Shown here piece by piece: positions 17,704 to 29,828 of a DNA stretch of 41,592 nucleotides. The DNA lies in NCBI GenBank assembly GCA_036170655.1, contig JAVHPP010000091.1, positions 1 to 41,592 on the forward strand, written 5' to 3'. Made by a program: the position numbers and the translations under genes. Within the stretch, counting starts at the first letter, position 1. Each line of letters starts with the position of its first letter. Source of the stretch: Candidatus Zixiibacteriota bacterium (GTDB lineage: Bacteria; Zixibacteria; MSB-5A5; WJJR01). Below the pieces are notes generated by a model. It was not told the origin of the DNA. It saw only the letters and a program-made list of their open reading frames with translations, and made no database searches.

Positions 17704-18747
17704 TTATACCGCTCCGGAGGTGAGGATGTCGTGCAAATGGAGGATGCCTCTCGGACAGCCGTCGCTGCCAACCACAAACAGTGTCGTAATCTTGAATCCC
17801 TCCATTTTCCCCAGCGCCGCCACCGCCAGCTCAGTCTCCGCAATGGTTTTCGGATTCTTGGACATGACATCAGCTGCCGAAAGCGACATCAGATCGCCGA
17901 GCTGTTCGATGCGCCGACGCAAGTCACCATCAGTGAAGATGCCGACCAAATGCCCATTGTCATCGATGACTCCGGCCGCTCCCAACCGCTTGCGTGTCAT
18001 CTCAACAATAATATCTTTGAACGGCGCGTTGAGCTGAACCAACGGGATGGAATCACCGGTATGCATCAGGTCGGCGACCGTCAGAAGCAGGCGGCGTCCC
18101 AAAGATCCCTTGGGATGCAACCGGGCGAATTGCTCCACGGTGAAACCCCGTTCTGACAAGAGCGTAACCGCCAGGGCGTCACCCAACGCCAATGCCGCTG
18201 TCGTCGAACAGGTGGGTACCAGATCATGAGGCTCCGCTTCGCCGTCAACCACCGCGTCCAAAACAACATCGGCACGGCGCGCCAATTCGCTGTCGAGACA
18301 ACCGGTGATCAGAACGATCGGGGTGCCCAGCCGCTTGAACGCCGGCAACAACTCGCCGACCTCGTCCGAAGCTCCTGATTTGGAGATTGCCAAGACAACA
18401 TCGCCGGTACCCACGATACCGATGTCGCCATGCCCCGCTTCTACGGGATGGAGAAAGAAGGCCGGTGTGCCGGTTGAGGACAGCGTCGCGGCAATCTTCT
18501 GGCCGATCAGTCCGGACTTGCCCATGCCGGTGACAATGACGCGGCCTTTGACCTTCAGGAGCAGCTCCACGGCGGCGTCAAAGCGATGGTCGATCCGGTC
18601 GGCGAGAGCCGCGACCGCTTTGGCCTCGCTCAGGATAACGTCACGTCCGGTCCGGCAACGGCGCGAGGTGTCGCCCAGCGGCGATTGCAACAACGCGTCC
18701 GGCTCAGCGCCGGAATTCGGATTCTTGTCATTCCACGGTGTCGTCAT
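17704..18747 (-). CDS. kdsD: Arabinose-5-phosphate isomerase (KpsF/GutQ, SIS+CBS)
   Basis: VTGMGKSG, HPVEAGHGDIG, PTCSTTA and HPKGSLG motifs; CBS pair with GIFTDGDLRR. Confidence 0.95.
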   Translation of the reverse strand: MTTPWNDKNPNSGAEPDALLQSPLGDTSRRCRTGRDVILSEAKAVAALADRIDHRFDAAVELLLKVKGRVIVTGMGKSGLIGQKIAATLSSTGTPAFFLHPVEAGHGDIGIVGTGDVVLAISKSGASDEVGELLPAFKRLGTPIVLITGCLDSELARRADVVLDAVVDGEAEPHDLVPTCSTTAALALGDALAVTLLSERGFTVEQFARLHPKGSLGRRLLLTVADLMHTGDSIPLVQLNAPFKDIIVEMTRKRLGAAGVIDDNGHLVGIFTDGDLRRRIEQLGDLMSLSAADVMSKNPKTIAETELAVAALGKMEGFKITTLFVVGSDGCPRGILHLHDILTSGAV

Positions 18748-19310
18748 TTTCGCTCTTTGGCCGATTCCGGCCAGACAAACCCGCGCGCGTCCAAGACCGC
18801 ATCGATCGCCTCACGCACAATGCCACGTCCACCCGGCGACCGGCCGATCCAATGGGCCATGCCCTGAATCACTGGATGGGCATCGCAGGGCGCCAACGTA
18901 ATGCCGGCAACCAGAAAAATCGGACGGTCAGGAAGATCATCACCGACAAACAGGCACTCGGCGTCGCTCAACCCGTGTTTGCTCTTCAGTTCTTCATAGG
19001 CCACGCGCTTGTCGCGCACCCCCTGGTAGACATCGCCGATCTGGAGAAATTCGGCGCGTACCCGTGTTGACTTGTCTTGATTGCCCGTGATGATGGCAAA
19101 CTTGAGTCCCGCCTGATGACCCATGAACATGCCGACACCATCGGGGACCCAGAATTTCTTCATTTTCTCGCCATTCTCACCAATGTAGACATAGTTGTCC
19201 GTCAGGACGCCATCGAAATCAAAGACAATCATCCGGATTTTCACCAGGCTGGCTTTCGATGGTTCACCATGAATGTGGTTCACCATGTGTGGTTTACGCG
19301 TCTTTGGCAT
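18744..19310 (-). CDS. kdsC: KDO-8-phosphate phosphatase (HAD family)
   Basis: FDFDGVLTD, ITG, GDDLPD and GGRGIVRE motifs; Kdo operon context. Confidence 0.9.
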   Translation of the reverse strand: MPKTRKPHMVNHIHGEPSKASLVKIRMIVFDFDGVLTDNYVYIGENGEKMKKFWVPDGVGMFMGHQAGLKFAIITGNQDKSTRVRAEFLQIGDVYQGVRDKRVAYEELKSKHGLSDAECLFVGDDLPDRPIFLVAGITLAPCDAHPVIQGMAHWIGRSPGGRGIVREAIDAVLDARGFVWPESAKERK

Positions 19311-19331
19311 CACCCTCCAGATTGGGACAAT

Positions 19332-20162
19332 TCACGGTCGTCCGGCGATCCCGTCAGCACATTCCCACAATTCAGCGATGCGTGCCAGAGGCCACTGTGT
19401 TTCGCGGTCGGAAAGCGCGTTTTCCGGATCGGGATGGACTTCACAGAAGACCGCGTCGATCCCCACCGCGAGCGCCGCACGCAGGAGCGGCAGGAGAAAC
19501 TCGCGCTTCCCCCCGGAGCGTCCCCCCACCGAACCGGGGGTCTGGACGGAATGAGACGCGTCGTAGCAGACGGGGAACCCCGCGTGACGCATCGTCGTCA
19601 GCGAACGGAAATCGACGACGAGATCGCCGTAGCCGAACGTTGTCCCGCGCTCAGTGAGTATGACCTTGTCGTTCCCAGCACGCACCGCTTTGTCGGCGAT
19701 GTGCGGCATGTCGGCTGCCGATAGAAACTGTCCCTTCTTGATATTGAGGGGCTTGCTCGTCTTGGCGGCGGTTACAACGAGATCCGTCTGGCGGCAGAGA
19801 AAAGCGGGGATCTGAATGAGATCGACCACGCCGGCTGCCGCATTGATTTCCGCCACCGAGTGCACGTCGGTGGTTGTCGGCAGCCCGGAAGTCGAATGCA
19901 CTCTCTCCAGAATCTTCAAGCCGACATCGAGGCCGGGCCCGGCATAGGAATCCGCACGAAGCCGATTGGCCTTGGCATAGGACGCCTTGAAGACAATTGC
20001 GCGATTGTCCTTCATGGCGGCAGCAGCCAGACATTCGGCGATACGAAGCGCCATGTCTTCGCTTTCCAGAACACAGGGGCCGAGAATCCAGAGCAACGAG
20101 CCGGCGCCGACCGACGCTGTGCCGACGGAAAAATGACGTACCATCGTCTCGTGACGATTCAT
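19332..20162 (-). CDS. kdsA: KDO-8-phosphate synthase (metal-dependent type)
   Basis: GPCVLE, KASYAKANR, QIPAFLCRQTDL, KKGQF, ERG and DASHSVQ motifs; start 20162 or 20144. Confidence 0.95.
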   Translation of the reverse strand: MNRHETMVRHFSVGTASVGAGSLLWILGPCVLESEDMALRIAECLAAAAMKDNRAIVFKASYAKANRLRADSYAGPGLDVGLKILERVHSTSGLPTTTDVHSVAEINAAAGVVDLIQIPAFLCRQTDLVVTAAKTSKPLNIKKGQFLSAADMPHIADKAVRAGNDKVILTERGTTFGYGDLVVDFRSLTTMRHAGFPVCYDASHSVQTPGSVGGRSGGKREFLLPLLRAALAVGIDAVFCEVHPDPENALSDRETQWPLARIAELWECADGIAGRP

Positions 20163-20187
20163 GGCGCTGACGGGACAATAACCTCCG

Positions 20188-22622
<2,435 letters not shown>

Positions 22623-22630
22623 GGGTCCGT

Positions 22631-22658
22631 AACATAGCGACTGTCATTCCGGGGTCAA
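22631..22658 (-). promoter_or_regulatory. Putative internal promoter for kdsB (near-leaderless)
   Basis: TTGACC, 16 nt, TATGTT ending 8 nt before the GTG start; no SD. Confidence 0.35.
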
Positions 22659-22707
22659 GTGTTCTGATGTGCGTCAGTCTTCCGATCTGTCAATCTGTAG
22701 GGACCGT

Positions 22708-23001
22708 CTACCCAATCACTCTGGGTACGCGGAACAAACCATCCCGGGAATCGGGCGCTTGCGACACGGCGGCCTCGGGATCAAGCGACGGAGTCACAAC
22801 ATCATCGCGCATCGCGACGGCGTCTTTGATCAGCGGCAATACCGGCTCCTCCGATCCGTTCCCGGAGATCGCCTCAGACAACTGCGCCATGTATTCGGTA
22901 ATCCGCGCAAGTTCCCGCCCGAACCGTTCGATTTCTTCCTCGGTCAAGTCCAGACGCGCCAGTCTGGCGGTGCGGACGACATCCTCACGGGTTATGGTCA
23001 T
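22708..23001 (-). CDS. gatC: Asp/Glu-tRNA amidotransferase subunit C
   Basis: MTITREDV..ARLARL, MRDD and APD...FRVPRVI motifs; SD GGAG. Confidence 0.93.
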   Translation of the reverse strand: MTITREDVVRTARLARLDLTEEEIERFGRELARITEYMAQLSEAISGNGSEEPVLPLIKDAVAMRDDVVTPSLDPEAAVSQAPDSRDGLFRVPRVIG

Positions 23002-23045
23002 GGGATTCTCCGTTTTCAACTCTTTAGTCGAAACCAGACAGAGTC

Positions 23046-23074
23046 ATGGTATCGGGAGCGAAGGCGCGTGTCAA
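23046..23074 (-). promoter_or_regulatory. Sigma70-type promoter of the gatC-kds operon
   Basis: TTGACA, 17 nt, TACCAT on the minus strand. Confidence 0.65.
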
Positions 23075-23211
23075 TGCGATTCCCCTGCACCCGTGCGCAC
23101 ATAATCGTTACCCCCTTCAACCGGGCTGGTAGACACGGAAACCCGCTTGCCCGCCTTGGTCATCTCACGTTCATTGTCTGCTGTGCTGTTCCTTGGAGAG
23201 CCGACCCGGCC

Positions 23212-24390
23212 ATGAAAATTCCTCCCGAACATATTCAAGGTGCGATTGCTGGCGCTGGGCTTGACGGCTGGTTGCTCTGCGACTTCCACGGATCGAATCC
23301 CATCGCAGGTGAGCTCGTCGGCGTCTCGGGGCTCGTCACCCGCAGATGGTGCTGCTGGGTGCCACGCCACGGACGCCTCCAAATGGTCTGCCACACCATG
23401 GAGCGCACACCGTTTTCGCATCTCGACACCGAATACCGGTATTACCTGTCGTGGCGTGAGTTGGACGCGGCGATGCGATCGGCGTTGGGCGACGCCAGGC
23501 GGATTGCGATGGAATACTCCCCCGGTAATGCGATTCCGTATGTCGCCCATGTCGACGCGGGAACCGTCGAGAAGATCCGTTCGTGGGGGATCGAGGTGGT
23601 GTCGTCCGCGGACTTGGTGGCGCATTTTCTGGCACGCTGGACCCCCGAACAGATCGATGGACACCGAACAGCGGCGGCCGCTCTGCTTGACATCAAGAAC
23701 CAGACATTTGTGTGGATCGGTGAATGCTTGAGAAAAGGCAAGTCTATCAGTGAGTACGACGTGGCCGGCTTTGTCAGAGATCAGTTTGCGGCACGCGGGC
23801 TGATGACCGATGCGGGACCGATCTGCGCCGTTGATGGGCATGCCGGGAGTCCGCATTACGAACCGGCCGCCACCGGCTCGACGCGACTGGGTCCGGAACA
23901 ACTGGTGCTGCTTGACCTCTGGGCCAAATGGAGCACACCCGATGCCGTCTATGCCGACATCACCTGGACTGGATTCACCGGCAGCGTTGTCCCGCGACCG
24001 ATGGCCGAGGTGTTCGATATCGTGCGCCGGGCGCGAGACAGCGCGGTCGAATACGCCAACGTGCGTCTCGCCGCCGGAGCGGCACTCCACGCGTGTGAAA
24101 TTGACGACGCCTGCCGCCGCGTCATCGCCGACGCCGGATATGGCGACCGGTTTATCCACCGGACTGGGCATTCAATCGGCACCAGCGTTCATGGCGTGGG
24201 ACCAAATATCGACAACCTCGAAACGCAAGATCAGCGGCTCCTCGAAAACGGGATGTGCTTCTCGGTTGAACCCGGCATTTATCTGCCCGAGTTCGGGATC
24301 CGGTCGGAGATCGATGTCCTGATCGAAAATGATCGTGCCGTGGTCACAACGCTGCCGCTGCAAACGGAGATTGTCCCACTGCTGCCGTGA
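23212..24390 (+). CDS. Xaa-Pro aminopeptidase family (M24) metallopeptidase
   Basis: PHY, DLWAK, YADIT, HRTGHSIG, EPGIY and RSE metal-ligand motifs. ATG 23212; the longer ORF call overlaps gatC. Confidence 0.92.
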   Translation: MKIPPEHIQGAIAGAGLDGWLLCDFHGSNPIAGELVGVSGLVTRRWCCWVPRHGRLQMVCHTMERTPFSHLDTEYRYYLSWRELDAAMRSALGDARRIAMEYSPGNAIPYVAHVDAGTVEKIRSWGIEVVSSADLVAHFLARWTPEQIDGHRTAAAALLDIKNQTFVWIGECLRKGKSISEYDVAGFVRDQFAARGLMTDAGPICAVDGHAGSPHYEPAATGSTRLGPEQLVLLDLWAKWSTPDAVYADITWTGFTGSVVPRPMAEVFDIVRRARDSAVEYANVRLAAGAALHACEIDDACRRVIADAGYGDRFIHRTGHSIGTSVHGVGPNIDNLETQDQRLLENGMCFSVEPGIYLPEFGIRSEIDVLIENDRAVVTTLPLQTEIVPLLP

Positions 24391-24394
24391 GCGC

Positions 24395-24847
24395 ATGCAG
24401 ATTCCCCAGGATGGCGAGATGACAGCGATTCTCACTCCTGCACGCAGACAAATGCTGAAGGAACGGATGGCAACGGTCCCCTACCCGAACCTGCTGGGCA
24501 TGAAACTGGTCCGACTCGCGCCGGGTGAGGCCCGCATCAGCCTGCGGGCGGCGGTGCGCTTGCGTCAGTATCAGGGACTGATCCATGGGGGTGCGATCGC
24601 ATCGCTGGCAGATACGGCGGCGACTTTCGCGGCATTGACAGCCGTCCCGGACGGAATCGACGTGGTCACGATTGAATTCAAACTGAACTTCCTGGTTCCG
24701 TTCAAGAGCGGGCGCGCGCTGGCCGTCGGACAGATTCTGCGCTTGGGACAGCGAATCTGCACAGCCGATGTGCGGATCATCGCCGCACATAAAATAGCGG
24801 CCGTCGGGCTGTTTACCATGATGTGTTTCTCGTGCAAAGACGCTTGA
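24395..24847 (+). CDS. PaaI family thioesterase (hotdog fold)
   Basis: GLIHGGAIASLAD and VTIEFKLNFL motifs; start 24395 or 24419. Confidence 0.9.
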   Translation: MQIPQDGEMTAILTPARRQMLKERMATVPYPNLLGMKLVRLAPGEARISLRAAVRLRQYQGLIHGGAIASLADTAATFAALTAVPDGIDVVTIEFKLNFLVPFKSGRALAVGQILRLGQRICTADVRIIAAHKIAAVGLFTMMCFSCKDA

Positions 24848-24880
24848 ACAGGAGTGAGAGAGCAGCGAGCAAGACACGAT

Positions 24881-25492
24881 ATGTACATCTCCGAACAAAC
24901 GATCGCATCGTGGGCATCCCGTTACGGATCACCGCAGACATGGTCGCATCAACAGCCCATGACAGAGAGCGATTACGGGATTGTCACCGGGAGTCAGAAG
25001 CACGGCCGGCGCCACGACGTCACGTTCTACATCGAACAGCATGGCCGAATCGCGGTCATCGCGAAACCGTTCTACCCACCCGGTCTCTACCGCGCCCCGT
25101 CTGGGGGACTTGAACCGGACGAATCTCTGGAAACAGGCGCACGGCGCGAGGCGCTCGAAGAAACGGGGCTGCGAATGACGCTGGTCCAATATCTGCTGTT
25201 CGCACGCGTGACGTTTGCATCCGGCCGCCACCGGCTCGAATGGCACTCGCATGTTTTCTCGGCAACAACCAGCGATGCAGTTTTGATACCGACTGATCAC
25301 CATGAGATCCGCGAAGCCCGCTGGGCCTCGCCCGGTGAGTTTGCCGCATTCGGAAGAATTATGCGTCAGTCGCAACGGGGTGGCCTGTTGTATCGCGCGG
25401 CCTTGCACGAGCGAGTCGCAGCACTTCATCCGCTGTTCCGGGACACGGCCATCAAGGCAGCGGGAACACATTCATCGCGTCCCACCCGTTGA
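24881..25492 (+). CDS. NUDIX hydrolase
   Basis: Nudix box GGLEPDESLETGARREALEETG; start uncertain (24854 or 24881). Confidence 0.88.
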   Translation: MYISEQTIASWASRYGSPQTWSHQQPMTESDYGIVTGSQKHGRRHDVTFYIEQHGRIAVIAKPFYPPGLYRAPSGGLEPDESLETGARREALEETGLRMTLVQYLLFARVTFASGRHRLEWHSHVFSATTSDAVLIPTDHHEIREARWASPGEFAAFGRIMRQSQRGGLLYRAALHERVAALHPLFRDTAIKAAGTHSSRPTR

Positions 25493-25824
25493 CACCACGG
25501 TATTCCATGAGATATTGTGGAGGGACAGGTGAATCGTCTGTCGCGCATCGCCCTCACATGAGCATGGATTCTCGACACAACTGAATTGGGGATGGTTGCC
25601 ACAGTCTGTGGGAAGCATCCAACTACGTACGCACCGGGGCAAGCACGGACTTGATGGCGCCGATAATGCTACGCTGCTGCCGCGTTCCGTATCTTCTTCG
25701 TAAACCACAAGTTAGACAACACTCATCGGGGTCGACCGACAGCGATTCCAGTCGGCACCTGGCTTGCCCTTAGGCGCAGTGGGCCGAGATGTGTCGGTTC
25801 CCGAGCGGCGAAAGGATGAGCCTC

Positions 25825-26079
25825 ATGCGTGTCCGGTACATACTGACCATGGACAACCTGCACGTGCACGGTGAGCAGATCGACAACCTCGTGCTCGACT
25901 GGGAAGACGAATCCAGCCACGAGGAGATCATGCGTCTCTCACAAAAGTGGATCACGTCGCGCAACTTTCTCACCGAACGAATGAACGGCCTGACAGAAGT
26001 GGGAGAGTCGTCGCTGACAATTGAACCGATCGATCCGGAACCGGTGAGCGGGCTCCCGGAACTGAATTCCGCGCCATGA
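25825..26079 (+). CDS. Small acidic hypothetical protein (84 aa)
   Basis: SD AAGGA; protein-like composition MRVRYILTMDNLHVHGEQIDNLVLDWE...GESSLTIEP; ATGA overlap with the next gene. Confidence 0.7.
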   Translation: MRVRYILTMDNLHVHGEQIDNLVLDWEDESSHEEIMRLSQKWITSRNFLTERMNGLTEVGESSLTIEPIDPEPVSGLPELNSAP

Positions 26080-26405
26080 TCGCTGGACTTGCATCCTATA
26101 TGTTGAGCACGGTCCACGTGTTCTTGGGAGCCCTGTGGGGGCGTGTCGTTGCCTTGGATTTCTATCTTCAGAATCACTTTGGCCGTCTGGGCAAGTACGC
26201 CGTCTGGGCATTTGTGATCCTCGTGGTCTTTGTGCTGGCCGGTCATGCGACGAAGTTCACGTTCCAAGTGGTCCGCTACGTGCTGCTGCCTTCAGCGATG
26301 CTAACGGTCGTCCTGCTGATGCTGATGCCCTGCTGGGCGCCGATGAAAACGTTCCCTGTCTTTGTGGCTGTCAGCAGTGTGATCGCACTGGCACGTTCTC
26401 ATTAG
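26076..26405 (+). CDS. Hypothetical membrane protein (about three TM helices)
   Basis: Hydrophobic segments; coupled to the upstream gene by an ATGA overlap. Confidence 0.65.
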   Translation: MIAGLASYMLSTVHVFLGALWGRVVALDFYLQNHFGRLGKYAVWAFVILVVFVLAGHATKFTFQVVRYVLLPSAMLTVVLLMLMPCWAPMKTFPVFVAVSSVIALARSH

Positions 26406-26419
26406 ACCATGGTGGCGCA

Positions 26420-26602
26420 ATGCATTGGATCCGACGACGCCCACGCCTCTGCCCGATGTGTCGGGAGAAACTCGAACCGCTCGAGCAGCAGCGGCGGATC
26501 TGGGTGTGCCGTCGTTGCCTGCTGGTCCTGCATGGAGACACGTTCGAAGCGATCAAACCCGAAGCCCTCGGCTCGGCGTCGTTCTACGATCCGTTTACCT
26601 GA
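26420..26602 (+). CDS. Small zinc-ribbon protein (60 aa)
   Basis: CPMC-x15-CRRC; ATG 26420 with GGTGG upstream; converges with mnmA. Confidence 0.6.
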   Translation: MHWIRRRPRLCPMCREKLEPLEQQRRIWVCRRCLLVLHGDTFEAIKPEALGSASFYDPFT

Positions 26603-26623
26603 AAACCGAATTTCCGGGCCTTT

Positions 26624-27766
26624 TCAGTCCGGTCCGACCGCATCGATTGTGCCGCCACCGAGCACGCGGTCCCCGTCGTAGAAAACCGCCGACTGACCCG
26701 GAGTAATCGCACGCTGCGCATCATCGAAGATCACGGAGACGGCACCGTCCGTTACGGCGAGTTCCGCCGGCGCCGCCGGATGGCGATAGCGGATCTGGAC
26801 CAGTGCACGGAATACCGGAGAGGAAGGACCGGCCAACCAGTTGACGGCGCGCACCGCGCATTGGCGCCGGTAGAGATCCGCATTATCGCCGATGCTGACA
26901 GCGCCCGTCACGGGGTCGATGCTGGTCACGTACTGAGGACGACCGACAGCGATGCCCAGCCCATTCCGCTGCCCGATGGTGAGCGATTCATAACCGCCAT
27001 GACGCGCGATAGTCTCTCCTGCCACATTGACCACCGGACCGGGTGCAGGTGCAACACCGTCACGCAAGCCGCGCTCACGCATGAAACGCCCCAAGTCACC
27101 GTCACTGACAAAGCAGATGTCACGGCTCTCCGGCGTTTCGGCGTTGGGCAGCGCGAATGCACCAGCGATCTCGCGCACGGTGCTCTTCAGGAGTCCGCCC
27201 AGTGGGAACAAGGTTCGTGTCAGATAATCGCGCGGCACCCCCCAGAGAAAGTATGTCTGGTCACGCGACGGATCAGCGGCGCGTCGCAGTTCGACGCTGC
27301 CATCATCTCCAGCAGATAGCTTCGCGTAGTGCCCGGTGGCGATGGCTTCACATCCAAACCCAACAGCCTTTTCCCAGAGCGCTGGCCACTTGATCTTGGT
27401 GTTGCAGACCGCACATGGGTTGGGCGTGCGGCCCCGCCGATACTCGGACACGAAATGGTCAATGACATCGTGATTGAATTGAGCAGTGAAATCGATTGCG
27501 TAGTGCGGGAATCCATATTGATCCGCAACTGCACGGCAAGCGGCAAAAGATTCAACGGTGCAGCACCGTCCGTCGCGGGCGTTGTCGCCGCCGACGGCGC
27601 TGTAATCCCACAGCTTCATCGTGATACCAACTACCTCGCATCCGGCCTTGGACAAGAGAACCGCCGTCACCGACGAATCGACACCCCCAGACATAGCCAC
27701 CGCAATGCGATGCCCAATCCAACGGGGATCAATGAGATTCCTGTGCGGGGCACCAAGATCAGTCAT
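26624..27766 (-). CDS. mnmA: tRNA-specific 2-thiouridylase
   Basis: AMSGGVDSS, TPNPCAVCN, ATGHYA, DQTYFL, TIGQR and PGQSAVFY motifs. Confidence 0.96.
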   Translation of the reverse strand: MTDLGAPHRNLIDPRWIGHRIAVAMSGGVDSSVTAVLLSKAGCEVVGITMKLWDYSAVGGDNARDGRCCTVESFAACRAVADQYGFPHYAIDFTAQFNHDVIDHFVSEYRRGRTPNPCAVCNTKIKWPALWEKAVGFGCEAIATGHYAKLSAGDDGSVELRRAADPSRDQTYFLWGVPRDYLTRTLFPLGGLLKSTVREIAGAFALPNAETPESRDICFVSDGDLGRFMRERGLRDGVAPAPGPVVNVAGETIARHGGYESLTIGQRNGLGIAVGRPQYVTSIDPVTGAVSIGDNADLYRRQCAVRAVNWLAGPSSPVFRALVQIRYRHPAAPAELAVTDGAVSVIFDDAQRAITPGQSAVFYDGDRVLGGGTIDAVGPD

Positions 27767-27782
27767 GGGGATGGATATCACC

Positions 27783-28937
27783 TCAGGCGCGTGGGGACAC
27801 CATGGCCCGGAGGCGGGCCACTTCCCCGGCCACCGCTTCTGCGATCAGAGCGGCATCACCGGGGACGTTCTCGCGGCCAAAAGAAAAACGGATGGCACCC
27901 CGCAGATAGCGCGGATCGACGCCCATGGTCGTGAGCACATGGGACGGCTGGGCGGCGCCGGTCATACAAGCCGAGCCGGTTGACACGCAAATCCCGTGGA
28001 GATCGAGAGCAATGGTCAGCGACTCTCCATCTACACCGCCGAACCCAACACTCACCGTATTGGGCAAGCGACACTCCGGATCACCGAAGAACTCGATGTC
28101 GTCAATATTCGCCGTCAGCCGCTGCCGGAAGTCGCTGGCAATGGACGCCACTCGGGACATCTCGTCGGGGTCTTCGGTGAGAATCTTCATCGCGGCCGCC
28201 GTGCCCGCCACCCCCGGTATGTTTTCTGTCCCCGGCCGGCGCCCGGTTTCCTGTCCGCCGCCATGGATGATTGGCGCCAGACGCGTGCCGGAGCGAACAT
28301 AGAGAATCCCCACGCCTTTGGGACCATAGAACTTGTGTGCGGCCAGCGACAAGAGATCCACTCCCAGATCGTCGACATTGACGGGGATCTTTCCCATGGC
28401 CTGGACCGCATCGGTGTGGAAAATCACGCCGCGTTCGTGCGCAAGATCGGCCAGCATTCTGATGGGATGAATGGTCCCCACTTCATTGTTGGCCAGCATA
28501 ACCGATGCGATCTGCGTTGTTGGCTTGAGTGAGCGCGAAAATTCATCTGGATCAACACGCCCGAACCGGTCAACGGACAGAATCGAGACGTCGTATCCAT
28601 GGCGTGCAGCCCAATCGGCCGAATGGGTGATGGCATGATGCTCGGTCGATGCGGTAACCAGGCGCCGACAGCGGGCTTCAGGCGACACCAGACTGCCGAA
28701 GAGCGCCAAGTTGTCTGATTCGCTGCCGCTACCGGTGAAAACAATCTCCGAGGGCTTGGCCCCCAAGCACGAAGCGATTTCCGCCCGGGCCCGATCCAGT
28801 AAAGCCCGGGACTTCTGCCCCAGACGGTGCCCGGATGACGGGTTGCCAAATGTTTCGACTGCCATCTCACGCATCACGTCGGCGACACGGGGGTCCGTGC
28901 GCGTCGTGCTGTTATGGTCGCAGTAGATCGTTCTCAT
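27783..28937 (-). CDS. iscS: Cysteine desulfurase (IscS/NifS family)
   Basis: GNPSS, HTDAVQ, AHKFYGPKG and STGSAC motifs; directly upstream of mnmA. Confidence 0.93.
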   Translation of the reverse strand: MRTIYCDHNSTTRTDPRVADVMREMAVETFGNPSSGHRLGQKSRALLDRARAEIASCLGAKPSEIVFTGSGSESDNLALFGSLVSPEARCRRLVTASTEHHAITHSADWAARHGYDVSILSVDRFGRVDPDEFSRSLKPTTQIASVMLANNEVGTIHPIRMLADLAHERGVIFHTDAVQAMGKIPVNVDDLGVDLLSLAAHKFYGPKGVGILYVRSGTRLAPIIHGGGQETGRRPGTENIPGVAGTAAAMKILTEDPDEMSRVASIASDFRQRLTANIDDIEFFGDPECRLPNTVSVGFGGVDGESLTIALDLHGICVSTGSACMTGAAQPSHVLTTMGVDPRYLRGAIRFSFGRENVPGDAALIAEAVAGEVARLRAMVSPRA

Positions 28938-28976
28938 GTCACATATCAGGATTGAAGCGTCAATGCATGCACCATG

Positions 28977-29744
28977 CTAAGCAGTGACCCGCCGGCGAGC
29001 AAAGTCTGCCGAGGCGCCGATGAAAGCCCGGAAAAGCCGGATGGTGGCATCGTCCTGCGCCCGAACTTCGGGATGCCACTGAACGCCTACGACAAACCGG
29101 TCCCCATTCCCCTCGACCGCCTCGATGACACCATCTTCCGAGGCCTTGGCCACGATGCGCAATCCCCGTCCGACATCCTTGATCGCCTGGTGGTGGCTGG
29201 TGGCCACAGGGATGCGTGCCCGTTCCAGCACCGCATGCAACCGGCATCCCGTTGTCACTTCGACATCGTGCGACTGCACATACTTCCCTCCCGACCCGCG
29301 CGAATGGTCGCGCGGCTTGCCGGGAAACTGTTGATCGAGATCCTGGTAGAGGGTCCCTCCGCGAGCAACGTTCAAGACTTGAATCCCGCGACAGACGCCA
29401 AGTATCGGCATACCGATCTCATCAGCGGCCGCGATGGCAGCCAGTTCGACCGCGTCGCGCGCAGAATTGAGCTGCAAATTACCGACCGCATCGGCTTCGC
29501 CATAATGTTCCGGAGCCACGTCTTCCCCGCCGGTCAGGAACAAGCCATCGCTGCGTCCGATGGCATACGACACAGAGGAAGGATCGCACCTGTTGGAGAT
29601 CAGAAGGGGTACACCGCCTGCGCTTCGGATCGCCTCGGAAAAGGATGACGGCAGCCACTCGAAGGGATAGGGCGTCGGTTCCCGGCGCGAATCGTCCGCC
29701 GGGCGGTCACGCAGGGTCAGGATAATGATCGGCTGTTCGCTCAT
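28977..29744 (-). CDS. Gamma-glutamyl-gamma-aminobutyrate hydrolase family (peptidase C26, class I GATase-like)
   Basis: TGGEDV, GVCRG.Q, GGTLYQD, SHHQA and QWHPE motifs. Confidence 0.92.
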   Translation of the reverse strand: MSEQPIIILTLRDRPADDSRREPTPYPFEWLPSSFSEAIRSAGGVPLLISNRCDPSSVSYAIGRSDGLFLTGGEDVAPEHYGEADAVGNLQLNSARDAVELAAIAAADEIGMPILGVCRGIQVLNVARGGTLYQDLDQQFPGKPRDHSRGSGGKYVQSHDVEVTTGCRLHAVLERARIPVATSHHQAIKDVGRGLRIVAKASEDGVIEAVEGNGDRFVVGVQWHPEVRAQDDATIRLFRAFIGASADFARRRVTA

Positions 29745-29828
29745 TTTTGTCGGCAACCTCCCAACGGAGAAAATCACACAAGATTACGCAGCGCGAAGAT
29801 CAATCGTTGTCGGCAAAGAACCGGGACA

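Noticed and set aside
19260..19294. Short direct repeat TGGTTCACCATG x2 at the 5' end of kdsC
   Set aside because: Only two copies in a variable N-terminal coding extension; not CRISPR-like.
22669..23211. 181-codon N-terminal extension of the M24 peptidase
   Set aside because: Overlaps gatC and its promoter on the opposite strand; family similarity starts at ATG 23212.
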